The position numbers and the translations under genes were made by a program. From a virus, in the IMG/VR virus record IMGVR_UViG_3300047554_000447, positions 22,349 through 86,348 of that record: a stretch of 64,000 nt of DNA. One strand, written 5' to 3'. Below the pieces are notes generated by a model. That model saw only the letters and a list, made by a program, of their open reading frames with translations, had not been told where the DNA came from and did no database searches. Shown here piece by piece: positions 36,739-46,195 of the stretch. Numbering within the stretch: position 1 is the first letter of the stretch; every line of letters starts with the position of its first letter.

Positions 36739-38298
36739 ATGGAAAAAGAATACATTGTCAGTCTTAAAAAAGGTGTTGACTATGATGCATTTTGGAACGA
36801 GATTGAAAATGCATCAGACGAGGACGGGTTTGTTCCTAGTCGCAGAGTCGATATTGTAAACAATAGAGATGCTAGTCTGCGTAGTTGTCACTACGCTCTA
36901 ACTGACAGTGAAGCAGAATTACTACGACAAGATCCAAGAGTATTTGGTGTTGAGATTCCGCCACAACAGCGTGACGATCTAGTTATTGGACACAATGCTA
37001 GACAGTCTTCAAATTTTACTAAAACAACCAGTGACAGTGGAAACTATGTCAATTGGGGGTTAAGACGTTGTATTTCGCAGAGTAATCCCTACGGAACTTC
37101 TACAACAGTTTCCGGTGACTACACTTACACTCTCGACGGTACAGGCGTTGATGTTGTCATCCACGATTCTGGACTGCAAGTCGATCATCCAGAATTCACA
37201 GATGCCAATGGTACAAGCAGAGTGCAATTAATAGATTGGTATTCTGCTAGCGGTGTATCTGGAACACAATCAGTTAATCACTATAGAGACTACGACGGAC
37301 ACGGAACACACGTTGGCGGAATCGTAGCTGGAAAAACCTACGGATGGGCCAAGAACGCTAGGATATATTCTTTAAAGGTCAATGGTTTAGAAGGCTCCGG
37401 TGATACAGGTACTGGTATTAGCATCACCGACTGTTTTGATGTTGTCAAATTATGGCACAGAAATAAACCTGTCGATCCAGTCACTGGTTACAAAAGACCT
37501 ACTATAGTAAACATGAGCTGGGGATATGGCTCGTATTTTTCTAACATCACGGGTGGTTCTTATAGAGGAGTCACATGGACTGGAACATCTAGAGACACTA
37601 GCAAAGGTATGATCGGTTCTTCCTCGTTATTTGGATACAGACACTCTGTAAGAGTTTCATCAGTTGATTCCGATCTACAGGAATTAATCGACGAAGGAGT
37701 CCATGTTTGTATTGCGGCAGGTAACAGTTATCAAAAGATAGATGTATCCGGAGGTCTTGACTACGACAACTATTATACTAGCTCTTTGTATGGCAATGTT
37801 TATTACCATAGAGGATCTAGTCCTTACAGTACAGAAGCATTTATGGTAGGCAGCATTGACTCTACTTCTTATTCCTCAGCATTAGATCAAAAGAGTGTGT
37901 TTAGCGAATCGGGTCCGGGCGTTGACATCTATGCGCCAGGTTCAGACATCATGAGTTCTTGTAGCACCACTAATGCGTTTGGTGCATTATCGTATTACCT
38001 AAACAGTAGTTACAAACAAACAAACATCAGCGGAACTAGCATGGCTAGTCCTCAGGTCTGTGGTGTTGGCGCATTATACCTACAATTATATCCTCAGGCC
38101 AGCAATGAACAATTAAAGACACTAGTACACAATAGTACTGTTACTAGTACCATGTATGATACTGGCCTAGACAATGATTATACTAATCAAAGATCTATAC
38201 GAGGCGGTCCAACAAGATATCTTTACATGCCTTACAACAGCGAAGTCGGCGTAAGGACCTCTGGAAGTGTTTCCTTATTGAATATAAATTTTAGGTAA
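36739..38298 (+). CDS. subtilisin-like S8 serine protease
   Basis: triad VVIHDSG / HGTHVGG / GTSMASP, AAGN oxyanion, I9-like propeptide. Confidence 0.93.
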   Translation: MEKEYIVSLKKGVDYDAFWNEIENASDEDGFVPSRRVDIVNNRDASLRSCHYALTDSEAELLRQDPRVFGVEIPPQQRDDLVIGHNARQSSNFTKTTSDSGNYVNWGLRRCISQSNPYGTSTTVSGDYTYTLDGTGVDVVIHDSGLQVDHPEFTDANGTSRVQLIDWYSASGVSGTQSVNHYRDYDGHGTHVGGIVAGKTYGWAKNARIYSLKVNGLEGSGDTGTGISITDCFDVVKLWHRNKPVDPVTGYKRPTIVNMSWGYGSYFSNITGGSYRGVTWTGTSRDTSKGMIGSSSLFGYRHSVRVSSVDSDLQELIDEGVHVCIAAGNSYQKIDVSGGLDYDNYYTSSLYGNVYYHRGSSPYSTEAFMVGSIDSTSYSSALDQKSVFSESGPGVDIYAPGSDIMSSCSTTNAFGALSYYLNSSYKQTNISGTSMASPQVCGVGALYLQLYPQASNEQLKTLVHNSTVTSTMYDTGLDNDYTNQRSIRGGPTRYLYMPYNSEVGVRTSGSVSLLNINFR

Positions 38299-38302
38299 AA
38301 CA

Positions 38303-40657
38303 ATGGCACTGGCAATATGGACAGAAAAATCAGGATACAGCCTTGGAACTATCAACGAACGAAGTGTTGTGGATCTAGCTTTACCGATAACCTATGAAAA
38401 TACGTTTGACGACAGTAGCCTAGTTACCTTCCAAGTTATCACTGGATCTTTGCCGCCAGGACTTCGAATAGACGAAGATAGGATCGTTGGAACACCGTTT
38501 GAAGTTGCAAGGACAACTGATTTCAAATTTGTTATACGTGCTTCTTACAATGGTCAAATTTCAGACAGAACATTTATAATAACCATTGAAGGTCCAGACG
38601 AACCAGCATGGTTAACCGCTGACGGGTCGTTGCCCATTGGTCCAAATGATGCTTATTATATTTTAGATAGTTCATACATAGATTTCCAATTGTCAGTGAT
38701 CGATCGAGACACTGCGGCCGGGCAAGAATTAAAATTTTTCATAGCCAGTGATGACGGAGAATTACCTCCGGGTCTGGTATTAACAGATTCAGGAAGAATA
38801 GTTGGGTGGGTGCAGCCAGCACTAGCTATCGGCCTAAATGACGGTAACGGATTCTTTGACACAGGTCTCTACGATACAGTTGCCTACGATTTCGGTTATA
38901 GATCATCAAACGGTTATGACAGTTATGTATATGATTTAAGCATCTATGATTTTAGCGCACCTAGTCAGAGTCCAAAAAAATTAAACAGAAACTACGAATT
39001 TATCGTCACAGTAACAGACGGTGATTCTGTAACAAAAAGAAAATTTAGAATATATGTCGTCGGTGATGATTTCTTTAGAGCTGACAACGTTATCACTACT
39101 TCGGGAACAGGAGTATTTACTGCTGACATAACTTATGTACGTGCTCCTATATGGGTGACTCCGGCGGATCTAGGAATTAGACGAGCTAACAATTACCAAA
39201 CATTTAAATTAGAAACCTACGAAGACTTAGATCTAGGACCAGTTGTCTACTCTTTAGATACTACAAATCCAGATCTGACTGCTAGTCGATTGCCACCGGG
39301 TATGCAATTTGATCCTGGCTCAGCAGAAGTGTTCGGGGTGATTCCTTATCAACCAGCGATCACTAAAACTTATAGATTTACCGTGACTGCAACACGCCTT
39401 AGCGAAACCGAAGAAGTTGCTATTAGTAAAAGAACGTTCACTGTTCAAGTCATCGGTGAAGTCGATAGTGTGATGTCTTGGACTACTAGTGAAGATCTCG
39501 GATCCATTGGGGCTAACTACATCAGCAACTTATCTGTAACAGCTACCAGCACTCTTGTAGATTCTGTGATTATCTATACTATACAAAGTGGATCTCTACC
39601 TCCAGGATTAACACTAAATCTCGACGGCGAAATCGTAGGTAAAGTGAATCAGTTTGGTTCTGTTGAAGATCCTGGAATAATTACTTTCGATGGCGGAGAT
39701 CTAACCTTTGATGTAAACGAAACTACCTTTGACAAAGTTTATGTGTTTACGATTTTAGCTAGAGACATCGCAGGCTATAGTGCTATATCACAGACATTTA
39801 CTCTAACTATAGAAACACCCAACGATAGACTTTACAGCAATATCTTTACGAGACCTTTCTTAAAACAAGATCAGAGAACCTTGTTTAAGTCGTTCATCAC
39901 TGATGCTGATGTGTTTGACATCACCGCAATTTATAGACCAAGTGATCCGAACTTTGGTGTGCAACCAGATTTAAAAATGTTAGTATATGGCGGTATCGAA
40001 ACTAAAACTGCCGCACAGTATGTTTCAGTAATTGGCCAAAATCACAAGAAAAAACGATTTATATTCGGTGATATTAAAAAAGCCAAGGCTAATCTTCCAG
40101 GTACAACAGATACAGTCTACGAAGTGGTCTACATTGAAATGATCGACCCGCTAGAAAAAGACGGAGTATATCTAGATCCAGCGACTGCTACCGAATTTAG
40201 TCCTTTTGCTATCACTGTTGATCAGACTAATATATTCTACGGCGGCCCCTATGATTATTCAATTAGGAACTGGGGCGAGCCAAAACCGTTTTCTGTAAGT
40301 GCAGATAGAAGCGACATGTTTGCAGGTGACCCAAAAACTATATTAAAACAGCCATCGAGTATTTCGTTATGGAGATATAGGATCGAGCAGTTAGGGCTAA
40401 CTGAACGTAATTATCTACCTCTTTGGATGAGAACCATACAAGACGGTTCGGTCCAAGAACTTGGCTACACCCCAGCTATACCCCTATGCTACTGCAAACC
40501 AGGAAGAGCTGACGATATTATATTAAATATCAAGAATAAGGCTTTTGATTTTAGCCAAATTGACTACACCATTGACAGATACATAATAGATTCTGTCACC
40601 GGTGATAACACAGATAAATATCTCGTGTTTAGAAACGACAGGACAACAATATCATGA
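38303..40657 (+). CDS. putative-Ig (He_PIG) repeat structural protein
   Basis: four G.LPPGL...G.I.G repeats. Confidence 0.75.
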   Translation: MALAIWTEKSGYSLGTINERSVVDLALPITYENTFDDSSLVTFQVITGSLPPGLRIDEDRIVGTPFEVARTTDFKFVIRASYNGQISDRTFIITIEGPDEPAWLTADGSLPIGPNDAYYILDSSYIDFQLSVIDRDTAAGQELKFFIASDDGELPPGLVLTDSGRIVGWVQPALAIGLNDGNGFFDTGLYDTVAYDFGYRSSNGYDSYVYDLSIYDFSAPSQSPKKLNRNYEFIVTVTDGDSVTKRKFRIYVVGDDFFRADNVITTSGTGVFTADITYVRAPIWVTPADLGIRRANNYQTFKLETYEDLDLGPVVYSLDTTNPDLTASRLPPGMQFDPGSAEVFGVIPYQPAITKTYRFTVTATRLSETEEVAISKRTFTVQVIGEVDSVMSWTTSEDLGSIGANYISNLSVTATSTLVDSVIIYTIQSGSLPPGLTLNLDGEIVGKVNQFGSVEDPGIITFDGGDLTFDVNETTFDKVYVFTILARDIAGYSAISQTFTLTIETPNDRLYSNIFTRPFLKQDQRTLFKSFITDADVFDITAIYRPSDPNFGVQPDLKMLVYGGIETKTAAQYVSVIGQNHKKKRFIFGDIKKAKANLPGTTDTVYEVVYIEMIDPLEKDGVYLDPATATEFSPFAITVDQTNIFYGGPYDYSIRNWGEPKPFSVSADRSDMFAGDPKTILKQPSSISLWRYRIEQLGLTERNYLPLWMRTIQDGSVQELGYTPAIPLCYCKPGRADDIILNIKNKAFDFSQIDYTIDRYIIDSVTGDNTDKYLVFRNDRTTIS

Positions 40658-41229
40658 CAAGTGCTATTTCATACGAATCTATAGATGAAAATTACCCGGT
40701 AGCGGGACAAGACAATAACAGCCAAGGATTTAGGGATAATTTCTCTTATATCAAAGATGGCCTAGCTACTGCGGCTAGTGAGTTAACTGATCTTCAAACT
40801 AAATCGGTGCTGACAGCTGAATTAGGTGTCGACGGAGGCCCTGCTGCCAACGACCTAAACGGGAGTATCATTTTTAATGTAGAAACTCGACAAGTGTACG
40901 GAACAGTAAGATCAGCCACTGATGACAATACTATTTCTCTAGCCGATGCAGAATATCATCTATTGAGTTTTAATTCGTCGACAACGATAACACTTAGCGG
41001 TTGGCCAGTTGACGGATCTTTATGGACTAAGATTCGTTTAGAACTTAAAAACATTTCCTCGTCACCTGTAACCATTGACTTTACTGCTCCCGGCGGTGCG
41101 GCTATAAAAACCAATGCGGAATCTCTACCAATTGAACTAGCAGTGGGCGACAGCTCGTACTTTGTTGAAGCATGGTCTGCTGATAACGGTTCAACTGTGT
41201 TTATTAACTATATCGGCGAGTTTGTATAA
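40654..41229 (+). CDS. putative structural protein
   Basis: YPVAGQDN.SQGFRDNF N-terminal motif; TAAATA at 40615-40620. Confidence 0.65.
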   Translation: MTSAISYESIDENYPVAGQDNNSQGFRDNFSYIKDGLATAASELTDLQTKSVLTAELGVDGGPAANDLNGSIIFNVETRQVYGTVRSATDDNTISLADAEYHLLSFNSSTTITLSGWPVDGSLWTKIRLELKNISSSPVTIDFTAPGGAAIKTNAESLPIELAVGDSSYFVEAWSADNGSTVFINYIGEFV

Positions 41230-41459
41230 TGCATCCATTAGCTGAAGATTTTTCCAAATTAAAAGATGCTGAGATCGAATCAAGAATTCAAGATCTCAGC
41301 AAAAAATATTGGCAATCACACAATCCAGCTATTCAACAGCAGATCACTCTTTTCTTAGACATATACCAAGAAGAGTTACGATCTCGTAGAGCTAAACTTT
41401 GGCAACAAGAATTCCAAAAACGCGACAAAGGACTTGACGAACTGATCAAAGTCAACTAA
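41229..41459 (+). CDS. hypothetical protein
   Basis: translationally coupled, helical. Confidence 0.7.
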   Translation: MHPLAEDFSKLKDAEIESRIQDLSKKYWQSHNPAIQQQITLFLDIYQEELRSRRAKLWQQEFQKRDKGLDELIKVN

Positions 41460-41462
41460 AAT
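41434..41462 (+). promoter_or_regulatory. sigma70-type promoter, leaderless
   Basis: TTGACG-N17-TAAAAT, ATG 6 nt downstream. Confidence 0.7.
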
Positions 41463-41468
41463 AGTTAG

Positions 41469-41978
41469 ATGAAATCTGACTATTACAGTAATCCAATATT
41501 TCAAGACGCTGACATCTTTGAGTTATTATACAAGGGTGATCTCAATTCTCTTGGCAATATTATTGCAGATGCTAGTACCGATGTTGAGAAACTCAAAGAA
41601 TTATCAGATATTAAACTAATACTGTCTACTCAAATACCCGACTCTGTTGATATTAAAGAATTTGATACAGCATGTCAGGCTAATTGGTTTATTCCCGAAT
41701 CTTACAAAAATTTCAACATTGTTGATTATGTAAAAAGCCTTTGTTCAAATCCTAACGAAATCGCCAGAGTTGACGAAGAATTAAAAGAATTTGAAGCACG
41801 AAATATGATTGGATTATTACGTGTTTTAAAGTACGTTGTTGACACCCTTAGAGAAAATAACACTATATGGGGTGTAGGTAGAGGATCTAGTGTAGCCAGT
41901 TATGTGCTTTTTTTGCTAGGAGTACATAAAATTGACAGTATGAAATATAATTTAGACTGGCGTGAATTCCTGAGATAA
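41469..41978 (+). CDS. dnaE: stand-alone fragment of DNA polymerase III alpha (split DnaE)
   Basis: R..EEL, WGVGRGSSVASYVL.LLGVHKID..KYNL...FL matches the DnaE GPGRGS region. Confidence 0.8.
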   Translation: MKSDYYSNPIFQDADIFELLYKGDLNSLGNIIADASTDVEKLKELSDIKLILSTQIPDSVDIKEFDTACQANWFIPESYKNFNIVDYVKSLCSNPNEIARVDEELKEFEARNMIGLLRVLKYVVDTLRENNTIWGVGRGSSVASYVLFLLGVHKIDSMKYNLDWREFLR

Positions 41979-42006
41979 GTACATATATAACCATAAGGAG
42001 ATTATT

Positions 42007-42303
42007 ATGGCAATGAAACCAGCCGCTCGCAAAGTTTATAAATCAATGCAGGGCAAAGAAATTGACTTAGATAAACTAAGAGCTAAAAACGAACTAACTC
42101 TAGCTGTAGGAAATGCAAGAGTTAATGCCCGAGGGGACGAATTAGGACCTGGTGGTAAAATCATCAAAAAGCGTGAAGACGTAATGTCAGAATATTACAG
42201 TAAACATCCAGATGCTGTTCCTGCAAAACAAAAGACTGCGGTTTCAAAAACTAAGACAGTTGAAGATCAGGATCCATTTGGTGAGGAAGATTTGGAGGCT
42301 TAA
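42007..42303 (+). CDS. hypothetical protein
   Basis: AAGGAG SD, TAAGTA late box 41976-41981. Confidence 0.8.
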   Translation: MAMKPAARKVYKSMQGKEIDLDKLRAKNELTLAVGNARVNARGDELGPGGKIIKKREDVMSEYYSKHPDAVPAKQKTAVSKTKTVEDQDPFGEEDLEA

Positions 42304-42650
42304 TGAGCTATACCCCCGTTGAAGGAAAAATTAGAGCTATTCGTGATCATGTGTTAATCACAGACATGGAGTTTGATGAAGTTAAAACAGAATCAGGTAT
42401 TGTATTACCTAGCCAGGACGGTAAAGATACTGGTATCAGACCACGATGGGGCAAGGTCTATGCCATTGGTCCAGAACAAAAAGATGTACAAGTGGGAGAA
42501 TGGATCTACGTAGAACACGGACGCTGGACTCGTGGGATCAAAGTTAAAGATGAATCAGGCGAAGAATTAGTAATACGACGAGTAGACACTGATAACATTT
42601 TATTACAATCAGACGAAAAACCTTCAGACATTTATATGGCAAAACTATGA
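42303..42650 (+). CDS. groES: GroES-like co-chaperonin
   Basis: IRD.VL, KTESGIVLP mobile loop, G.V.AIGP, V.VG. Confidence 0.85.
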   Translation: MSYTPVEGKIRAIRDHVLITDMEFDEVKTESGIVLPSQDGKDTGIRPRWGKVYAIGPEQKDVQVGEWIYVEHGRWTRGIKVKDESGEELVIRRVDTDNILLQSDEKPSDIYMAKL

Positions 42651-43048
42651 CAAATCCGTTTAGAGATCAAGAAAAATTCATGAAGGCCTGCGATCAAACA
42701 GTGGGCGAACACAACGAATCACAGTACAAACTCTACCTCGACCTTATGGAAGAGGAATGGAAAGAACTAAAGCTAGCATTAGACAATGGAGATCGTGTAG
42801 AACAATTAGATGCACTGCTCGATTTTATTGTTGTCACAACTGGCGCTATCCATAGCGCCGGGTTCGATGGCGAAGGCGGATGGAAAGAAGTTATGCGTAC
42901 CAACTTTGCTAAGATTGATAAAGAAACTGGCAAGGTTCGCAAGCGTGAGGATGGCAAGGTCTTGAAGCCACTAGGTTGGGAACCACCTAATCTTAAAAAC
43001 TTTACTAGCAAAGAAGAATCGTTACTAAAACAGGGCTTTGAAGGATAA
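42647..43048 (+). CDS. MazG-like NTP pyrophosphohydrolase
   Basis: EE..EL, LDAL.D, V..TN..K, REDGKVLKP..W.PP. Confidence 0.85.
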   Translation: MTNPFRDQEKFMKACDQTVGEHNESQYKLYLDLMEEEWKELKLALDNGDRVEQLDALLDFIVVTTGAIHSAGFDGEGGWKEVMRTNFAKIDKETGKVRKREDGKVLKPLGWEPPNLKNFTSKEESLLKQGFEG

Positions 43049-43064
43049 AAAATCTATTCTGGCT

Positions 43065-43103
43065 AAAAAGGGTCTTGACGGACCCTTTTTTAACCTCTAT
43101 AAT
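43065..43103 (+). terminator. bidirectional terminator overlapping a sigma70 promoter
   Basis: AAAAAGGGTC-TTGACG-GACCCTTTTT; the loop TTGACG lies 17 nt before TATAAT (43098-43103). Confidence 0.75.
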
Positions 43104-43119
43104 AAGTTAAAGGATTATT

Positions 43120-43560
43120 ATGAAAATAGGATTTACTTGTTCAACTTTTGACTTGTTCCACGCAGGTCATATCATAATGCTTAAAGAAGCAAAATCACAG
43201 TGCGACTATTTGATCTGTGGATTACAGACTGATCCAACTATCGATCGTCCTGATACAAAAAATAAACCAGTTCAAAGTATGTTTGAACGGTTTGTACAAT
43301 TAGAGGCCTGTAAGTATGTGGACGAAATTATTCCGTATTCCACAGAAAAAGAACTAATAGATATTCTGCTGTCATATCCTATCAACCTTCGTATTTTAGG
43401 AGAAGAATACGAACATAAGGGGTTCACTGGTAGACAAGAATGTATTGATCGAAACATAAAATTTTATTTTAACAAACGTCAGCACACTTTTTCCACTACT
43501 GAATTAAGACAGCGTGTAGTGGACGTAGAATCAGAGAAATTTCTCAAAAGGATAGTATAA
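43120..43560 (+). CDS. glycerol-3-phosphate cytidylyltransferase-like (TagD family)
   Basis: FDLFHAGH, K.KPVQ..ER, YVDEI, R.H.FSTT. Confidence 0.85.
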   Translation: MKIGFTCSTFDLFHAGHIIMLKEAKSQCDYLICGLQTDPTIDRPDTKNKPVQSMFERFVQLEACKYVDEIIPYSTEKELIDILLSYPINLRILGEEYEHKGFTGRQECIDRNIKFYFNKRQHTFSTTELRQRVVDVESEKFLKRIV

Positions 43561-44276
43561 TGTTGTTTTGGAAAAAATCACCTAAACTAAAAGTAAGGTG
43601 TTATAACGCTAGTAAAAATCTCATGGATTTGTTTCCAGTTGAGGAAGCTAGAAAATTTTACCCGGAATGGTGGAACAATCTTCCTACATTTGTAGATGTT
43701 GGAATGGGAAGAAAGATTCCCACTTCTAAAGTCTGCCCTGGTATTAACGATTTGTTCAAACGAGGATTCGTTGTTCCCATGTGGCGAGAGCATGTCATAA
43801 CATGGTCAGATCAAAATCTAATCAGTATTGATGCACCTGGCGCACAAATGGACGAGCTAAATCGTTCTCATCCTCCCGAACAGGTAGGAGAAGGATTTAA
43901 GGGTTGGACACATGCTAAACTTATCAATCCGTGGTTCTTTGAAACAGATCGTCCGGTACCTTTCTTAATGATGGATTGTGCATGGAATAGATCTACGCAT
44001 CAAGACTATGTTATACCTCCAGGTGTTTTAGAGTTTAAGTATCAAGGTGCGGCACATATTAATATGTTCCTAAGTCCAGTTGCAGGAGGACACAAAGAAC
44101 TGTTTATTTCAGCTGGACAACCAATGGCTCAATTTATTCCCCTAGAGGCTGTACAATTAGAGTTAGAACTTATAGAAATGGATCAAAAGAAATTTAATAG
44201 TTTCTTTCACTATCCTTGGACATTTCATAATGTATATCTCAAGACTAAAAAAATATTAGAAGGAAAAGGCAAATGA
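43560..44276 (+). CDS. hypothetical protein (paralogue of 46195-46959)
   Basis: K.CPG..D...GFV.P.W, KL.NPW, G.P..Q.IP. Confidence 0.7.
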   Translation: MLFWKKSPKLKVRCYNASKNLMDLFPVEEARKFYPEWWNNLPTFVDVGMGRKIPTSKVCPGINDLFKRGFVVPMWREHVITWSDQNLISIDAPGAQMDELNRSHPPEQVGEGFKGWTHAKLINPWFFETDRPVPFLMMDCAWNRSTHQDYVIPPGVLEFKYQGAAHINMFLSPVAGGHKELFISAGQPMAQFIPLEAVQLELELIEMDQKKFNSFFHYPWTFHNVYLKTKKILEGKGK

Positions 44277-45193
44277 AAGAATTATGGACAGAAAAGTACA
44301 GACCAAAAACAGTTGACGGTTATGTATTCAGAGACGAACATCAACGAGAACAAGTACAGCGTTGGATCAAAGAAGGAAGCATCCCTCACTTGCTGTTAAG
44401 TGGCAATGCAGGTATTGGCAAGACTACACTTGCTAAAATCTTGTTTAACGAGTTAGAGATCAATGATCTAGACATCATGGAGATCAACGCTAGTCGTGAA
44501 AACAACGCAGAAACTATTCGCGATAAGATCACTAACTTTGTGCGTATGATTCCGTTCGGTGATTTTAAGATTGTGTTGCTCGACGAAGCTGATTATTTGA
44601 CTCCAAACGCACAGGCTATCTTGCGTGGAGTTATGGAAGAGTATCACACTACTGCTCGATTTATTTTAACCTGTAACTACCCTAATCGTATCATTCCGGC
44701 GATCCATAGTCGTTGTCAAGGATTTCATGTCGAGCGAGTTGATCTCAACGAGTTTACTGCTCGAGTGGCTACTATTTTAGTAGAAGAAAGTGTTGAATTT
44801 GATCTTGACACATTAGATACATTCGTTAAAGCCACATATCCAGACCTTCGCAAATGTATTAATCTAGTGCAGATGAATAGTTTAGATGGCAAGTTGCACA
44901 TGCCAGAAAAAGGAGATACCAGTGAAGCAGATTACAAGCTCGAAATGGTCGAGCTGTTCAAGAAGGGCAAGATTAGCGAGGCCCGTAAACTCGTCTGCGG
45001 TCAGGCTCGCCCAGAGGAGATGGAAGAAATTTATAGATGGCTCTACGATAACATTGCCATTTTTGGAGACACAGAGAAACAAGACAAAGCTATTCTTATT
45101 ATCAAGCAAGGTCTTGTTGATCACACATTGGTCATTGATCCGGAAATTAACCTCGCGGCAACGCTAATTCGTCTTTCTCACCTAAATGGATAA
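44273..45193 (+). CDS. clamp loader small subunit (RFC/gp44-like AAA+)
   Basis: LWTEKYRP, GNAGIGKTT Walker A, DEAD, SRC motif. Confidence 0.92.
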   Translation: MKELWTEKYRPKTVDGYVFRDEHQREQVQRWIKEGSIPHLLLSGNAGIGKTTLAKILFNELEINDLDIMEINASRENNAETIRDKITNFVRMIPFGDFKIVLLDEADYLTPNAQAILRGVMEEYHTTARFILTCNYPNRIIPAIHSRCQGFHVERVDLNEFTARVATILVEESVEFDLDTLDTFVKATYPDLRKCINLVQMNSLDGKLHMPEKGDTSEADYKLEMVELFKKGKISEARKLVCGQARPEEMEEIYRWLYDNIAIFGDTEKQDKAILIIKQGLVDHTLVIDPEINLAATLIRLSHLNG

Positions 45194-45680
45194 AAAAGAA
45201 ACTCCAAATTCTGCTAAAGGTCAAAACAGTTTCGATGCAGAAATTGGTACTAGTCTTGTTGCATTTTTTAATAAAAATGTTACTCCCTATCCTACAGACA
45301 TAGGAGCACCTGCCTTTGATCTTATACCCGTTGAGAGACAAAAGGATATAATGATTAATGTTGCTCGCATGCACGGGCAACAAGAATATAACCGTATTAT
45401 GGAATTAGTTGCGGTTCTACAAAAACAAGCCGCCAGTATTAAACGAAGACTAGAAGTTACAGATTGGGTACATGCCGCAAAATATCAATTTCAGATCGCC
45501 CACGGTCAATGCTACTGGTTAGCATTTGATACATGGAAGGGCGGTACTATATTGACCATGCACGGACCTCATGACTGGTCTTCTAGTGCGCCGGATTGGT
45601 ATAATTATATCTGTAGGGTAAAATGGTTAGGCGATTATACTTGGATAGAAGTAGACGACGAAGGCAATCCAATAGAATGA
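45186..45680 (+). CDS. DUF2452-like hypothetical protein
   Basis: PYP.D.GAPAF, AKY.F, P..W..V....D.TW pattern. Confidence 0.55.
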   Translation: MDKKETPNSAKGQNSFDAEIGTSLVAFFNKNVTPYPTDIGAPAFDLIPVERQKDIMINVARMHGQQEYNRIMELVAVLQKQAASIKRRLEVTDWVHAAKYQFQIAHGQCYWLAFDTWKGGTILTMHGPHDWSSSAPDWYNYICRVKWLGDYTWIEVDDEGNPIE

Positions 45681-46195
45681 AAACAAAACTTAAACGTGCA
45701 TACATGAAAACTGCGAAAACATTCGCAGAACTTTCACATGCCCGTAGGCTACATGTAGGTGCTATCGTTGTCAAAGACGATCGTATTATTAGTATTGGTT
45801 ACAATGGAATGCCCGCAGGTTGGGATAACAACTGCGAGGATAAAGAATGGATGGATCGCGATGCTGGAGGTTGGTTAAGTCCCGAAGAAATTTATGAACG
45901 TTGGCCTCATGTTGAATACAACGAAGACGCTGAAGAAGAATACAGATATCGATTAAAAACCAAACCAGAGGTATTACATGCGGAAAGCAACGCGATTTCA
46001 AAACTTGCACGTAGCTCGGAGTCTGGGCTTGGTGCTGATATATTCATTACTCATAGCCCTTGTCTGGATTGTGCCAAGCTCATTTATCAAAGCGGCATTA
46101 AGCGTGTTTATTTTGGTATGGCTTATCGAAGCACTGAAGGTATTGAATTCCTTAGGCAATCGGGAATAGAAGTAGAAAAATTAGAGGACGAATAA
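45677..46195 (+). CDS. dCMP deaminase
   Basis: VGA.VV, GYNG.P.G, HAE.NAI, PCLDC; ATG 45677 overlaps upstream stop. Confidence 0.92.
   Translation: MKTKLKRAYMKTAKTFAELSHARRLHVGAIVVKDDRIISIGYNGMPAGWDNNCEDKEWMDRDAGGWLSPEEIYERWPHVEYNEDAEEEYRYRLKTKPEVLHAESNAISKLARSSESGLGADIFITHSPCLDCAKLIYQSGIKRVYFGMAYRSTEGIEFLRQSGIEVEKLEDE

Noticed and set aside
41469-41978. Split intein or group I intron in dnaE
   Set aside because: No intein N-terminal block follows the extein, and the downstream 28 nt lead straight into an unrelated gene with its own SD.
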